Source: Puniceicoccaceae bacterium (GTDB lineage: Bacteria > Verrucomicrobiota > Verrucomicrobiia > Opitutales > JAFGAQ01). From it: 64,000 bases of DNA. Where the stretch lies: positions 176,768 to 240,767 of the forward strand of contig JANQOQ010000010.1 in NCBI GenBank assembly GCA_028285755.1, written 5' to 3'. Under the pieces are notes generated by a model. The model did not search any database, had not been told where the DNA came from, and saw nothing but the letters and a program-made list of their open reading frames with translations. Within the stretch, counting starts at the first letter, position 1, and each line of letters begins with the position of its first letter. The translations under genes and the position numbers were made by a program. This document shows, in pieces, positions 24,325 to 33,875 of the stretch.

Positions 24325-25731
24325 CTATTTCAGCTTCGTATATGCTTCATGGAGTGCGGTATCGCTGCCAACATTACCGGGAAATACTACATAATGCATT
24401 CCGGGATAGCGGCTTTCATTACCTAATTTCCAAACCGGTACACCGGGCAATAATTGGCCTTCCACCATCGCCCGTTTCACCCCGAGCCCTTGCGTTGCAA
24501 CGTCGCTCGAAGTAATACCTCCTTTAGCTATGATAAAACGGGGGTGGATGCCGATTCTTTTGACGATCTCGACCAGTGCATTCGAGACAGTATTTCCGAT
24601 AGCGAGATTCTCAGTTTGTGAGCTGCCCGTGACTAATTTGCGACTGGTATAGATCAATACGTGTGTTCCTGCTTCTAAGAGTGCATCCACTTTTTGAATT
24701 AAGTTGGTCAGTGTTTTTTGCCGTTGATCGGCATCTATCAAGTGATTGACATCAAGCTCAATAAATTCGATGCCTTTTTCAGCTTTTGCAAAAAACGCCT
24801 CCAACTGAGCGGAAGTTTTAGGGACGTATGAACCCACGATGATCATACCCCCCTTTGTAGATGTTTGTCCGAAATCTTCGCGGGTAAGCAGGGGTTTCTT
24901 ACTTAAACCGGCGCGCGCTCGCACATAGGAAGCACCGGTTCTTGCGATAAATGTTTTTCCCGATTCCCCGGCGATGATTTGCCCATAGACAAAGACTTCC
25001 ATATCCCGCATGGTCAGTGCATTTACGATACAAACTGAACGATCCGGAATGTTTCGTAATACGTTAGCGACTTCTTCAGGTCCTTCATTTCTCAGGGTCT
25101 CGAGAGAAATCGATGTGACATCCTCAGCAGAGATTGATCCCTGTGTTTTCTCTTCCACCCAGGCCTTGAGATTTGATTGTGTGTAACCAAAGCTGGCATC
25201 CTTTGCAAAGGGTGTCTCAGCACTCGGAATCAGGGTGTCCCCTTCAGCGACGTAGTGCACATCCTCCAGGGTCAAGCGGCCTCCTTCTTCAAAAAAGGGG
25301 ATGATCAAATGAATGGCGTTCGATTGTTCGAGTGCTTCCTGCAGTGCAACCACTTCCGCAGGATAATGCCCGCGCAGGGTTGAATCGCTACGGCTGATTA
25401 CCGATACGAATGTATCTGTTTTTTGGGATGCTTTGAGCAGATTTTTACCAATTGTTTTTGCTAATTCTTCCGCTTCCGCTTCTGGTAAACTGCGGGAATT
25501 GGTCAGGATATAAAACACAGGAGTTTCGCGTTCTATCTCTGCCTGCAGAGTATTGACATCCCACTCCGTCAATACGGGCAAATCATACACCGTTTGGGTG
25601 CCTGTGGGATCATCATCCAGCACAACGATCACCTGCTTGCTTTTGCGAAGGTGTGTGCGAATTTCAGGCAGTGGGTCTATATCCCAGGGCGCAGGATACT
25701 TTGATGAAAGGTCTTTGAGGGAAATATTCAT
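24325..25731 (-). CDS. Four-carbon acid-sugar kinase family protein (DUF1537, OtnK/YgbK-like)
   Basis: N-terminal VVLDDDPTGTQTV motif and C-terminal nucleotide-binding half (IIAKGGITSSDVA). Start moved to ATG 25731 (MNISLKD...), 1 nt after the stop of the upstream cyclase gene; the ORF-track start at 25773 overlaps it. Confidence 0.8.
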   Translation of the reverse strand: MNISLKDLSSKYPAPWDIDPLPEIRTHLRKSKQVIVVLDDDPTGTQTVYDLPVLTEWDVNTLQAEIERETPVFYILTNSRSLPEAEAEELAKTIGKNLLKASQKTDTFVSVISRSDSTLRGHYPAEVVALQEALEQSNAIHLIIPFFEEGGRLTLEDVHYVAEGDTLIPSAETPFAKDASFGYTQSNLKAWVEEKTQGSISAEDVTSISLETLRNEGPEEVANVLRNIPDRSVCIVNALTMRDMEVFVYGQIIAGESGKTFIARTGASYVRARAGLSKKPLLTREDFGQTSTKGGMIIVGSYVPKTSAQLEAFFAKAEKGIEFIELDVNHLIDADQRQKTLTNLIQKVDALLEAGTHVLIYTSRKLVTGSSQTENLAIGNTVSNALVEIVKRIGIHPRFIIAKGGITSSDVATQGLGVKRAMVEGQLLPGVPVWKLGNESRYPGMHYVVFPGNVGSDTALHEAYTKLK

Positions 25732-25732
25732 A

Positions 25733-26392
25733 CTACTCGATTGGCATTGCAAAGGCACGGCATGGGGCGCCATCCCCTTTTAAATATTTGATGGGTGCAG
25801 CTACGAAATGGACTTTCGGCGTTGTTAATTGATCCAGATTACAAAGACCTTCGACGATTACGATCTGACCACCTAGTAATATTTGGTGTATGCGGGTAAC
25901 TTCCTCGAGATTATTGACGTCCGCGACTGAAAGGGACTCAACGCCGAGTATCTTCACACTTTTTTCTGCACACCAGTGGGCGAGTTCCTCACTGATTCGC
26001 GGGAAATGGTCTCTATAGTATTCAAAATTACCATAGTGCCTGCTCCAGTTGGTATGCATCAGCAGTGACTCGCCGGTCTGAAATGATTCTGCGATATTGC
26101 CCAGATGATCGATTTTGATTAATGCACCCGGTTTAATATGCGTAAGATTGACAACCCAGGCTGTCCCCATGCATCGATCTAAGGGCATTTCATCAATTGT
26201 TTCCTCGCTGACTCCGAAATGAAAAGGCGCATCCATATGTGTGCCGGCATGCGAGTAGAGTTCCAGCGTGGATGCATTCCACCCATCTGCTTCTATCGTG
26301 TATTTGCTTTGAATATCCACTCCGGGCATTCCAGAGCGATAAGTCATGGTCAGATCGACGATTGAATTCATGGGGTAGGGTGAAGTGATCAA
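25733..26392 (-). CDS. Cyclase-family metal hydrolase (kynurenine-formamidase-like fold)
   Basis: SHAGTHMDAPFHF is the hallmark motif of the putative cyclase family. The length is 219 aa. Confidence 0.75.
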   Translation of the reverse strand: MITSPYPMNSIVDLTMTYRSGMPGVDIQSKYTIEADGWNASTLELYSHAGTHMDAPFHFGVSEETIDEMPLDRCMGTAWVVNLTHIKPGALIKIDHLGNIAESFQTGESLLMHTNWSRHYGNFEYYRDHFPRISEELAHWCAEKSVKILGVESLSVADVNNLEEVTRIHQILLGGQIVIVEGLCNLDQLTTPKVHFVAAPIKYLKGDGAPCRAFAMPIE

Positions 26393-26395
26393 AGA

Positions 26396-27454
26396 TTACA
26401 GTTGATCGATTATCAAGTCGGTTATGCTTACAGTGCTGAGTTTTCCACCCATATCCGGTGTTCGATTGTCGGGATTTTGCAAAACAGAGACTACCGCGTT
26501 CTGGATCCTCCTGGCTGCTTGGATTGTTTGTGGATGATCCAACCATTCCAGCATGAGTGCCAACGACAGGATGGTCGCAACCGGATTCGCAATATTCTGG
26601 CCTGCTATATCCGGTGCGGACCCATGTGCAGGCTGAAAAACGGCTGCATCCTCACCTAAATCCCCGGAGGGTGCCATGCCCATCCCGCCAACAATGCCTG
26701 CTGCGAGATCCGAGAGAATATCTCCAAACATGTTTTCAGTGACCATCACATCAAATCGCGCAGGATCTTTGACCAGGAAAAGCGATGCGGCATCCACATA
26801 CACTGAGTTTGCTTCGACTTCAGGATAGTCCTTGGCAATTTCAAAGAAGATCTCATTAAAAAACACCATTGAGGGTAATACATTGGATTTTTCGATCAAC
26901 GATACCTTTTTGCGCCGCTTCATGGCTTCTTCAAAAGCAACCTTGATGATTCGCTCACAACCCTTTCGTGTTATCAGTAGAGTATCCCTTACCTCATCGG
27001 CGTTTGGAATTCGTTCATTCAAACGTGAGGAAAATAGCCCTTCTGTGCTTTCACGTACGATCAATAGATCTATTGATCCGGGGGATTGTCCCTTCAACGG
27101 ACTATCTGAGCCGTGATACAGATAGATAGGTCTTAAGCCTGCATAGAGGTCCATTTGTTCGCGCAAATCGAGTTGTGGCGCCATTTCACGACCATCGGGC
27201 CAGCGAACATTGGGCAGACCCATAGCTCCGAGTAACACCGCATCTGCTTTTTTACAGGCTTCAAATGCGGATGAGGGGAGGGGATCTCCATTGAGCAGAA
27301 ACTCACCAGCTCCCACCGATTGATAGTCCAGGTGGAATTTCACCGATTCCATATACGGCTCAATTGTGTTTAATACACGCACGGCTTGTTCCGTAATTTC
27401 TTCGCCGATGCCGTCGCCCGGGAGTATGGCGATATTAAAGTGGGTCGTTGTCAT
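26396..27454 (-). CDS. Isocitrate/3-isopropylmalate/tartrate dehydrogenase-family beta-decarboxylating dehydrogenase
   Basis: [25 protein letters not shown] and [28 protein letters not shown] are present. The 352-aa length fits IPMDH/tartrate dehydrogenase rather than IDH. Confidence 0.85.
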   Translation of the reverse strand: MTTTHFNIAILPGDGIGEEITEQAVRVLNTIEPYMESVKFHLDYQSVGAGEFLLNGDPLPSSAFEACKKADAVLLGAMGLPNVRWPDGREMAPQLDLREQMDLYAGLRPIYLYHGSDSPLKGQSPGSIDLLIVRESTEGLFSSRLNERIPNADEVRDTLLITRKGCERIIKVAFEEAMKRRKKVSLIEKSNVLPSMVFFNEIFFEIAKDYPEVEANSVYVDAASLFLVKDPARFDVMVTENMFGDILSDLAAGIVGGMGMAPSGDLGEDAAVFQPAHGSAPDIAGQNIANPVATILSLALMLEWLDHPQTIQAARRIQNAVVSVLQNPDNRTPDMGGKLSTVSITDLIIDQL

Positions 27455-27528
27455 TTTCAGTGGGATTGGAATTGGGCGGGAATGAAGTCGGCTTGCTTTT
27501 TTAAGAATAATCCTTTTTACGTCGCGGC

Positions 27529-27936
27529 ATGATTAACCAACTCGATCACATCGCAATCGCTGTAAAAAATACCGATGAAGCGCTTATGTTTTATCGAGAT
27601 AAGCTGGGCCTTCCGGTCGTGTTGAGTGAAGTAATGGACGATTCCAAAGTGAGGCTCACGCATCTGGATCTTGGCAATCTGCATCTCCAACTGGTCGAAC
27701 CCCTTACGGATGAACATCCGCTTCAGGAGTTTCTCGAGACATCGGGAGAGGGTTTGCATCATCTTTGTTTTTACACGGATGATCTGGATGAAACCGTGAA
27801 GGAGGTTTCGCAAAAAGATTTGAAATTGCGAAAGCCTGAGTATCACTCGGCCCCCCTGGCCAAGCAGGCGGCTTTCATTGACCCCGCAACCGCACGCGGA
27901 GTAATCTGGGAGTTTACAGGTCCCAAAACTGAATAA
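27529..27936 (+). CDS. VOC-superfamily protein, methylmalonyl-CoA epimerase-like
   Basis: LDHIAIAVKNTDEALMFYRDKLGL ... LQLVEPL ... GEGLHHLCFYTDDLDE ... AAFIDPATARGVIWEF follows the epimerase/glyoxalase-fold pattern. Confidence 0.7.
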   Translation: MINQLDHIAIAVKNTDEALMFYRDKLGLPVVLSEVMDDSKVRLTHLDLGNLHLQLVEPLTDEHPLQEFLETSGEGLHHLCFYTDDLDETVKEVSQKDLKLRKPEYHSAPLAKQAAFIDPATARGVIWEFTGPKTE

Positions 27937-28132
27937 GCTACATCCAATTAATTGCATAATCCTGAAATACGGTGTCCATACATGGGCTTGTCAGTCATGG
28001 GATAACTTTGACTCACAGCAGCGAACAGATGCAAACCATGGGTGAGGGAAGCAGGAAAGTCAATTAATATATTATAATTATTATAATATGTTGATTAAGC
28101 TATTGATTATGAATTTCTTACGAATTCTTGTT

Positions 28133-30304
28133 TTACTGTGTTTTGAATTTGCGCACTACGCCCTCGCCATCTTTTCCCATCTCGATAAAGTAGATGCCAG
28201 GCTCTAATTCTGGTAGCAATAATTCAGCCCCACTATCATTTACATCGATTGCCTGTTCGTGGATCATATCCCCCTGGATTGATAGCAGACGCAAATGGTA
28301 GGTATCTACACTTAGCCCAATCAAAGAGATGATACCATCTTCATTGGGGCCTTCCACGCTAAAATTGCTTTCGAATCCCGGGGGGTGTACGAAAGACACG
28401 GATTCCTTAGGAATCAGCTGAGAGAGCAAAAGAATATAGGCAGACTGGTAATAGATTGCATTTTCAGTGATTTCCCAGGAATTTTCCGGCCATCCCGTAT
28501 TGAAGTCCAGATATGATTTTTGTGGAGGTTGGTTCGCGGGTGGAGAGTATTTTGTTCCTGTATAAAAACGATTGGGGCCGCCCACAAGGTAGCCGGGTGG
28601 GGGACCATACTTTGAGCTGTGGACATTATCCCAATCCGAGCCATCTGTAAACCAGGTATGATAGAACTCGCTGACCGAGTTTTCAGCACCGTAATCGGCC
28701 ATATTGGAGAGCTGCACTTTGCCCAGTGCATTCACGCCGTGCAGCCAGTTGAGGTATTCTAGGGCCGTATCGTGAAAGTCCTGCGCACTTTCAGGATTTA
28801 GCCCGAAGATATTGTAATTTAGATTCAGATTTCCCGCGTTGGAGCGCGTACGATTACTGCCCCAGGTGTGATGGTTATCAATGAGGTGAGCGCGATAGAG
28901 GTCCAATCCTGCTTCGCGGTCTTCGATTGAGTTGAAGTGCGTCATGCTCGCTTTCTGCTCGAGTATTTTTGTGGCAAATTCCGGAACCGGTTCCTCTGCT
29001 TCAATGGCTGAGGTTTCCCGAAATTTTGCATAAGCGAGTAAGGCGCGACCCACAGTCGGCGTGTAGGGACCCCAGTAAAAATTACTGATCGGCTGTATTC
29101 GGGTATGATTTTCTTCGAAAAATTGACTGTATTTCTCATCCCCCGTGAGCCGGTGTAAATAGGAGGCCGATACTACTGCACTGCGCATTTGCCCCTCCTC
29201 ATTGCGATCCGCATCTCCAGAGGTCACATCCTGGTCATCACAATCCAACTCGAAGACAGTAAAATTCTGGGTGGTCACTGTGGCTCGCTCCCAGGCTTCG
29301 ATTGCGCGAATCTCAAGCTCAGCGCCGTACGCTTCCAGTCCGGCAACTTCCTTTAACAGGAGTGCTGCCCTTGCAAACATATTGGCTCCCGCAAGGGTTG
29401 CAGACGTGCACTCCGGCACGTAATAGCGGGGGCGTGTATCCGCGCTGAGCGGTTGCACCGCATCGTGGTTATCCACACCGATTTTTAGGATGAATCCTCC
29501 TGTTCCGGTCGCATCCTGCATGCGCTTCAGGAATTCCAGCTCATAGATGACCTCATCGAGAATGTCGGGTATGCCATTACCGCTTTCCGGTATGCCATTG
29601 AGGTCTGTAAATACTGCCGGATTCAGCTCATGAGCATCCAGCAGCTCGATCACTACATTCTCCGCAAAAGTAGTGTACTTGTTGGTGTCGCCGGCATCCA
29701 TCCAACCCCCGCGAAGGTCTTTAGCCGTTGCCGGGTCATCCTTGGCCCATCGACTGCGGGCCTCATAATCCTGCTCCGGGCCTGCAAATGCAGCAGTGTC
29801 CGACCATTTTTCCTCTATGTAAGGGGGGAGACGGTCAAAATCCAGCCGTTGGATAAAGAAGGTGCGAAACGCCATTTTGAGCACATCATTATACACATCG
29901 CTTCGAATCTCAAAAGGGTAGGAGGCGACATCATTTTCAGGGTCATAGATATAAAAAGTGCCCGTTTCGCTGTGTTCTGAAAAGTCAAACCATGCCCCCC
30001 GATCTCCGGATTGTTCATGCAGTGCACCGTTTTTCCAGGGGATTGCACTTCCCGTAAAGACAACTGCCTCGCTGAACCATTCCCGTACTTGATATGTTTC
30101 AGCTGCCGAATACTCACTGGGTGCATTAAACCCGACTACTGGCTCACTGATTACGGCTACTTTCGGCGCATCCGGTAGATATCCAAATTGATCGATCCGA
30201 ATGTTCGGTTCAAAAGTGACATTTGCAGTAAACGTAAGCGGTGATGAGGCAAGGTAAAATGCCAGGGCAAATATATGGGAGAATGTTCTAAGAGTTTTAT
30301 GCAT
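28133..30304 (-). CDS. Glycoside hydrolase family 9 with N-terminal Ig-like domain and T9SS-type C-terminal sorting domain
   Basis: Signal peptide, GGWMDAGDTNKY (DAGD catalytic motif), HHTWGSNR, YLVGGPN and WEITENAIYYQ. The last ~80 aa (…YHLRLLSIQGDMIHEQ…LEPGIYFIEMGKDGEGVVRKFKTQ) look like a Por/T9SS C-terminal domain. Confidence 0.75.
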   Translation of the reverse strand: MHKTLRTFSHIFALAFYLASSPLTFTANVTFEPNIRIDQFGYLPDAPKVAVISEPVVGFNAPSEYSAAETYQVREWFSEAVVFTGSAIPWKNGALHEQSGDRGAWFDFSEHSETGTFYIYDPENDVASYPFEIRSDVYNDVLKMAFRTFFIQRLDFDRLPPYIEEKWSDTAAFAGPEQDYEARSRWAKDDPATAKDLRGGWMDAGDTNKYTTFAENVVIELLDAHELNPAVFTDLNGIPESGNGIPDILDEVIYELEFLKRMQDATGTGGFILKIGVDNHDAVQPLSADTRPRYYVPECTSATLAGANMFARAALLLKEVAGLEAYGAELEIRAIEAWERATVTTQNFTVFELDCDDQDVTSGDADRNEEGQMRSAVVSASYLHRLTGDEKYSQFFEENHTRIQPISNFYWGPYTPTVGRALLAYAKFRETSAIEAEEPVPEFATKILEQKASMTHFNSIEDREAGLDLYRAHLIDNHHTWGSNRTRSNAGNLNLNYNIFGLNPESAQDFHDTALEYLNWLHGVNALGKVQLSNMADYGAENSVSEFYHTWFTDGSDWDNVHSSKYGPPPGYLVGGPNRFYTGTKYSPPANQPPQKSYLDFNTGWPENSWEITENAIYYQSAYILLLSQLIPKESVSFVHPPGFESNFSVEGPNEDGIISLIGLSVDTYHLRLLSIQGDMIHEQAIDVNDSGAELLLPELEPGIYFIEMGKDGEGVVRKFKTQ

Positions 30305-30326
30305 GGGTTCTGAGTATTTTCTATTG

Positions 30327-31838
30327 CTAGTTTGCTTTCATTGCCCGGACTGCGATGTAGGGTTTGCCGGGTAGTGGCACTTCAATACTCCCTGAATATA
30401 AGCCAGGCAGCCGATTGATCGTCATTTCCCAAGTATCGATGACATCAATTGTATAGGAATTGCCTTCTGGTAGTCTGATCGGGCGAAAGCTGGGCTGGTA
30501 GTCTTCGTAGTAGAAAAGAAATGCTTCCTCTTCCTGGCTTACACAGTTTTTACGGTTCCACCAGGGTTCAGTCGGATAGCGCATAGGTCCCTCCGTAAAA
30601 GTGCTTTCAACGATTTCCCGCAGAAAACGTATTCGTGCAGGGCTACTCCCATGAGTCACTCCCCCTTTCGACCAGTAGAGTATGTTTTCGGGGTGTTGAT
30701 ACATCTCACCGTGCGTGCCATAGCCTGCTTGAGTGATGCATATCCAGAAACGCATCGTCATGAGTTCGCCAGTCAAGTCTCCGTAATTGTAGCCTAGGTT
30801 ACCCTCATAGCTCATCTCATCAAAGACGACCGGTTTTCCATACTGTTCGTGCCAGGAAGGAGTTGTCTTGGGATTGTGCCTCTGGAGGCTCAGGTGAGTA
30901 ATCGAAGGGTGGGAATGGTCGTATATTTTACCGGCATTGTGGATGGATATAAGGCGATCATAAATGTCGAGACGATCTACTGTTTCAATCAGCGTATTCC
31001 AGTCTTCCACATTTTTTGTTTTAACCAGATCCCATTCGTTAGCGAGCGACCACCAGACATTGCGAAAGGAGGCTAGGCGGGCGATAAGATATTCGAGGTA
31101 AAAAATATCCTCTTCGAGTGACATATGGTCAAAGCCCCAATGGCTTTCGTCATAAGGATGAAAGAGTATCAGGTCCGCTTCCACGCCAATCTTCTGCAAC
31201 TCCAGGATAGATCTTTCCAGATGCCGAAAAAACGCTGGATTAAAACGACTGAAATCCCACTGATCAGGCGCTTCACCCATGTAGGGATAGTGCTCCGGCT
31301 CGTTTGTTATGTAAGGTGCAAAACGTTTGGGAAATACACACATGCGTACTTTGTTAAACCCATATTTTTCGAAGGTTACGAGTGTTTGCTCTCTGAGCTC
31401 TGCCGATTGGTGTTGCCACGCATAGGCGGTAGTTCCGAAGCAGAAGTAGGGCTTGCCACTTGTATACTCAAAATGAAACTGATTGGCGACGCTTACCCCT
31501 CCTTCATTGCCGGGTTCAGGGGCGACACAGGTAAATGTGCCACTATGTCCGTTAAGTGTATCTACATTACTTGAAATTTCGTAATGCCAATTGCCGATTA
31601 CATTGGGCATGAAGCGGCAACGGTAAATACCCTCTCCGTCGTAAAAACCGCTCACTGTAAACTCGTTTTCACCCAATCGGAAAGTAGCCTGAATAGTTAC
31701 GTCCCTGTAAGGGTTACCTTTGCTTGGGCCTGAGTGACTCCATTCATAAAAATCCCATTGCTCAATCTCGGTAGTGGCGTGTGAGAACTGCGATAGCAGA
31801 ATTATTATCAATAACAAATAGAGTGGGTGAGTGTTCAT
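30327..31838 (-). CDS. DUF5060-type N-terminal domain + (beta/alpha)8 clan-A-like glycoside hydrolase
   Basis: A signal peptide is followed by WDFYEWSHSGPSKGNPYRDVTIQATFRLGENEFTVSGFYDGEGIYRCRFMP (DUF5060-like beta-sandwich). GKPYFCFGTTAYAW...GFNKVRMCVFPK then matches TIM-barrel hydrolases of the GH5/DUF4038 kind. Confidence 0.55.
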   Translation of the reverse strand: MNTHPLYLLLIIILLSQFSHATTEIEQWDFYEWSHSGPSKGNPYRDVTIQATFRLGENEFTVSGFYDGEGIYRCRFMPNVIGNWHYEISSNVDTLNGHSGTFTCVAPEPGNEGGVSVANQFHFEYTSGKPYFCFGTTAYAWQHQSAELREQTLVTFEKYGFNKVRMCVFPKRFAPYITNEPEHYPYMGEAPDQWDFSRFNPAFFRHLERSILELQKIGVEADLILFHPYDESHWGFDHMSLEEDIFYLEYLIARLASFRNVWWSLANEWDLVKTKNVEDWNTLIETVDRLDIYDRLISIHNAGKIYDHSHPSITHLSLQRHNPKTTPSWHEQYGKPVVFDEMSYEGNLGYNYGDLTGELMTMRFWICITQAGYGTHGEMYQHPENILYWSKGGVTHGSSPARIRFLREIVESTFTEGPMRYPTEPWWNRKNCVSQEEEAFLFYYEDYQPSFRPIRLPEGNSYTIDVIDTWEMTINRLPGLYSGSIEVPLPGKPYIAVRAMKAN

Positions 31839-31847
31839 GAGGATCGA

Positions 31848-32654
31848 TCAGTTGACGGTGAAATCGAACGGAATACCTAAAGCCTCGTAGAGCTTTTTTC
31901 GGGCCGCCTTATCGAGGTTAAGTTCCTCGCGCGCGGCATCCGCCACTTCTACGGCCATTTTACGCGGGACTACAATGACTCCATCCCCATCGGCAATCAC
32001 CACATCCCCGGGTTCGATATAGACGCCCCCGACAACTACCGGTTCGTTAAAGGATTCCAGTTCGTTGCGTCCCGGGCGTATGCCACGACCACGTTTAAAA
32101 TAGTCCATATAGAGCGGTATCTCCTGCTTGATGATCTCATCGGTATCGCGAACACCTCCTGCCGAGATGATGCCGACTGCTCCTTTCTGAGTCCAGATCA
32201 TACTGTTATTGGAGCCGGTGGTACCGGTGTCCCCATCGTCTGCATTATCGATAATGATGACGTTGCCGGGTCGTATATGTTCGATGAACGGTTCCCCTGA
32301 ATCATGGGTATACCACATGTCCCGCCAGTGTTTATATTCGTCCCGCGAGACATCGCCGGGATGGGGGCGCATATTGGTAGGGACGTATCGTACGGTGAAG
32401 GCTATACCCACAAACATGTGCTTAAACTCGTCAATGTCCTTCCATAAGGGAGCAATCTTGGGGTCCATCAGGCCTATGTCCGGATAACCGATCATATCCA
32501 TTCCGTCTGAGACATCCGCTACCCGCAGACCTTCATAGAGTTTAATAAGCTGTTCGTCGGTGAGTTGGATTTCGTGATCGGACGCATGAATGGATGTAAA
32601 AAGTATGAGGCTGAATAGGCCAAAAAGGCAGTATGATATAGGGAAACTTTTCAT
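31848..32654 (-). CDS. RraA-family protein (aldolase/decarboxylase-like) with an N-terminal signal peptide
   Basis: GAVGIISAGGVRDTDEI ... VVVGGVYIEPGDVVIADGDGVIVVP matches the RraA/HMG-aldolase family core. The N-terminus MKSFPISYCLFGLFSLILFTSIHA|SD looks like a Sec signal. Confidence 0.7.
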   Translation of the reverse strand: MKSFPISYCLFGLFSLILFTSIHASDHEIQLTDEQLIKLYEGLRVADVSDGMDMIGYPDIGLMDPKIAPLWKDIDEFKHMFVGIAFTVRYVPTNMRPHPGDVSRDEYKHWRDMWYTHDSGEPFIEHIRPGNVIIIDNADDGDTGTTGSNNSMIWTQKGAVGIISAGGVRDTDEIIKQEIPLYMDYFKRGRGIRPGRNELESFNEPVVVGGVYIEPGDVVIADGDGVIVVPRKMAVEVADAAREELNLDKAARKKLYEALGIPFDFTVN

Positions 32655-32809
32655 ATTATTACAAAATAGATTTTGGTTGTGTTTTAGGTAGACTCCTCAA
32701 AGTCAAAAAACCCTGAACTCTTATTAGTGGTTTTTAGGTTTTTTTGAGTCTTCTTTGTGCGAATATTCCCTGCGTCATTGTGTATACTGATCCCAAATAG
32801 TTCCCATTT

Positions 32810-33790
32810 ATGAATATCCTGAAGTTGAAATGTTTATCTGTTTTTCTTGTACTTTTTATCCTGACCATTCCTGTGCACTCCAAAATACCCGTTGTCCTGG
32901 ATACGGACATTGGCACCGATATTGATGATACCTGGGCGTTGGCCTATATTTTGAATTGTCCTGAGCTGGATGTAAAAATGGTTGTTACCGCAACGGCTGA
33001 TCCGGTCTATCGCGCTAAAATTGCTGCCAAATTTCTGGATATTGCGGGGCGTTCTGATGTTGACGTCGGTATCGGGGTTAGAGGTGCGCCTTCGGTAGAA
33101 TTTCAAAAACCGTGGGTGGAAGATTATGATTTAGAAGATTACTCAGGCGTCATCCATGAGGATGGGGTGGCTGCGTTTATTGATTTGGTGCATAGTTCGC
33201 CTGAAACCATCACCTGCATTGCTGTCGGTGCTCTGCCCAACTTGCAGGAAGCACTGAGAAGGGACCCCAGCATTGCAGGAAAGGTGCGCTTTATTGGTAT
33301 GCATGGCAGCATTGATATTGGCTATGGAGGCAGCCCTGAGCCCTCTGCGGAGGCGAATGTGGTCTCGAATGTTCCGGCTTTTAAGGCGACCCTTGCTGCG
33401 GATTGGAAAGAGTTTCTGATAACGCCGCTCGATACCTGTGGATTGGTTGTCCTGGGGGGTGAAAATTACCAACGCATTAAAAATTCCGACAGCCCGATGC
33501 TTAAAGCTCTGATGGAGAATTACTATATCTGGAAAGACCTCGTGACCTGGACGACCGTTGATTACATAGAAACCAGAAGCTCCACACTGTTTGATACCGT
33601 TGCCGTCTATATGGCCTATGAGAGCACGTTACTCGAGTATGAAACCGTCAAGATATCAACTACAGATGAGGGATATACGATACGGGATCCCAATGGCAAA
33701 CCGGTCGAAGCAGCCATGCGATGGACTGACCTTAATGCATTCTATGATCACATGACAGAGCGTTTGTTAAAAACTCCCGGTAAAAAATAG
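32810..33790 (+). CDS. Inosine-uridine-preferring nucleoside-hydrolase-family protein with signal peptide
   Basis: The hallmark N-terminal Asp cluster VVLDTDIGTDIDDTWALAYIL is preceded by a hydrophobic leader, MNILKLKCLSVFLVLFILTIPVHS. Confidence 0.8.
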   Translation: MNILKLKCLSVFLVLFILTIPVHSKIPVVLDTDIGTDIDDTWALAYILNCPELDVKMVVTATADPVYRAKIAAKFLDIAGRSDVDVGIGVRGAPSVEFQKPWVEDYDLEDYSGVIHEDGVAAFIDLVHSSPETITCIAVGALPNLQEALRRDPSIAGKVRFIGMHGSIDIGYGGSPEPSAEANVVSNVPAFKATLAADWKEFLITPLDTCGLVVLGGENYQRIKNSDSPMLKALMENYYIWKDLVTWTTVDYIETRSSTLFDTVAVYMAYESTLLEYETVKISTTDEGYTIRDPNGKPVEAAMRWTDLNAFYDHMTERLLKTPGKK

Positions 33791-33875
33791 CATGAAGATC
33801 AATGTTGTATATCTCATGATCTCTTAGAAGGATTAAGATTGACGAAGAAGGGTTCTCAAAATAACGATTAAGATT

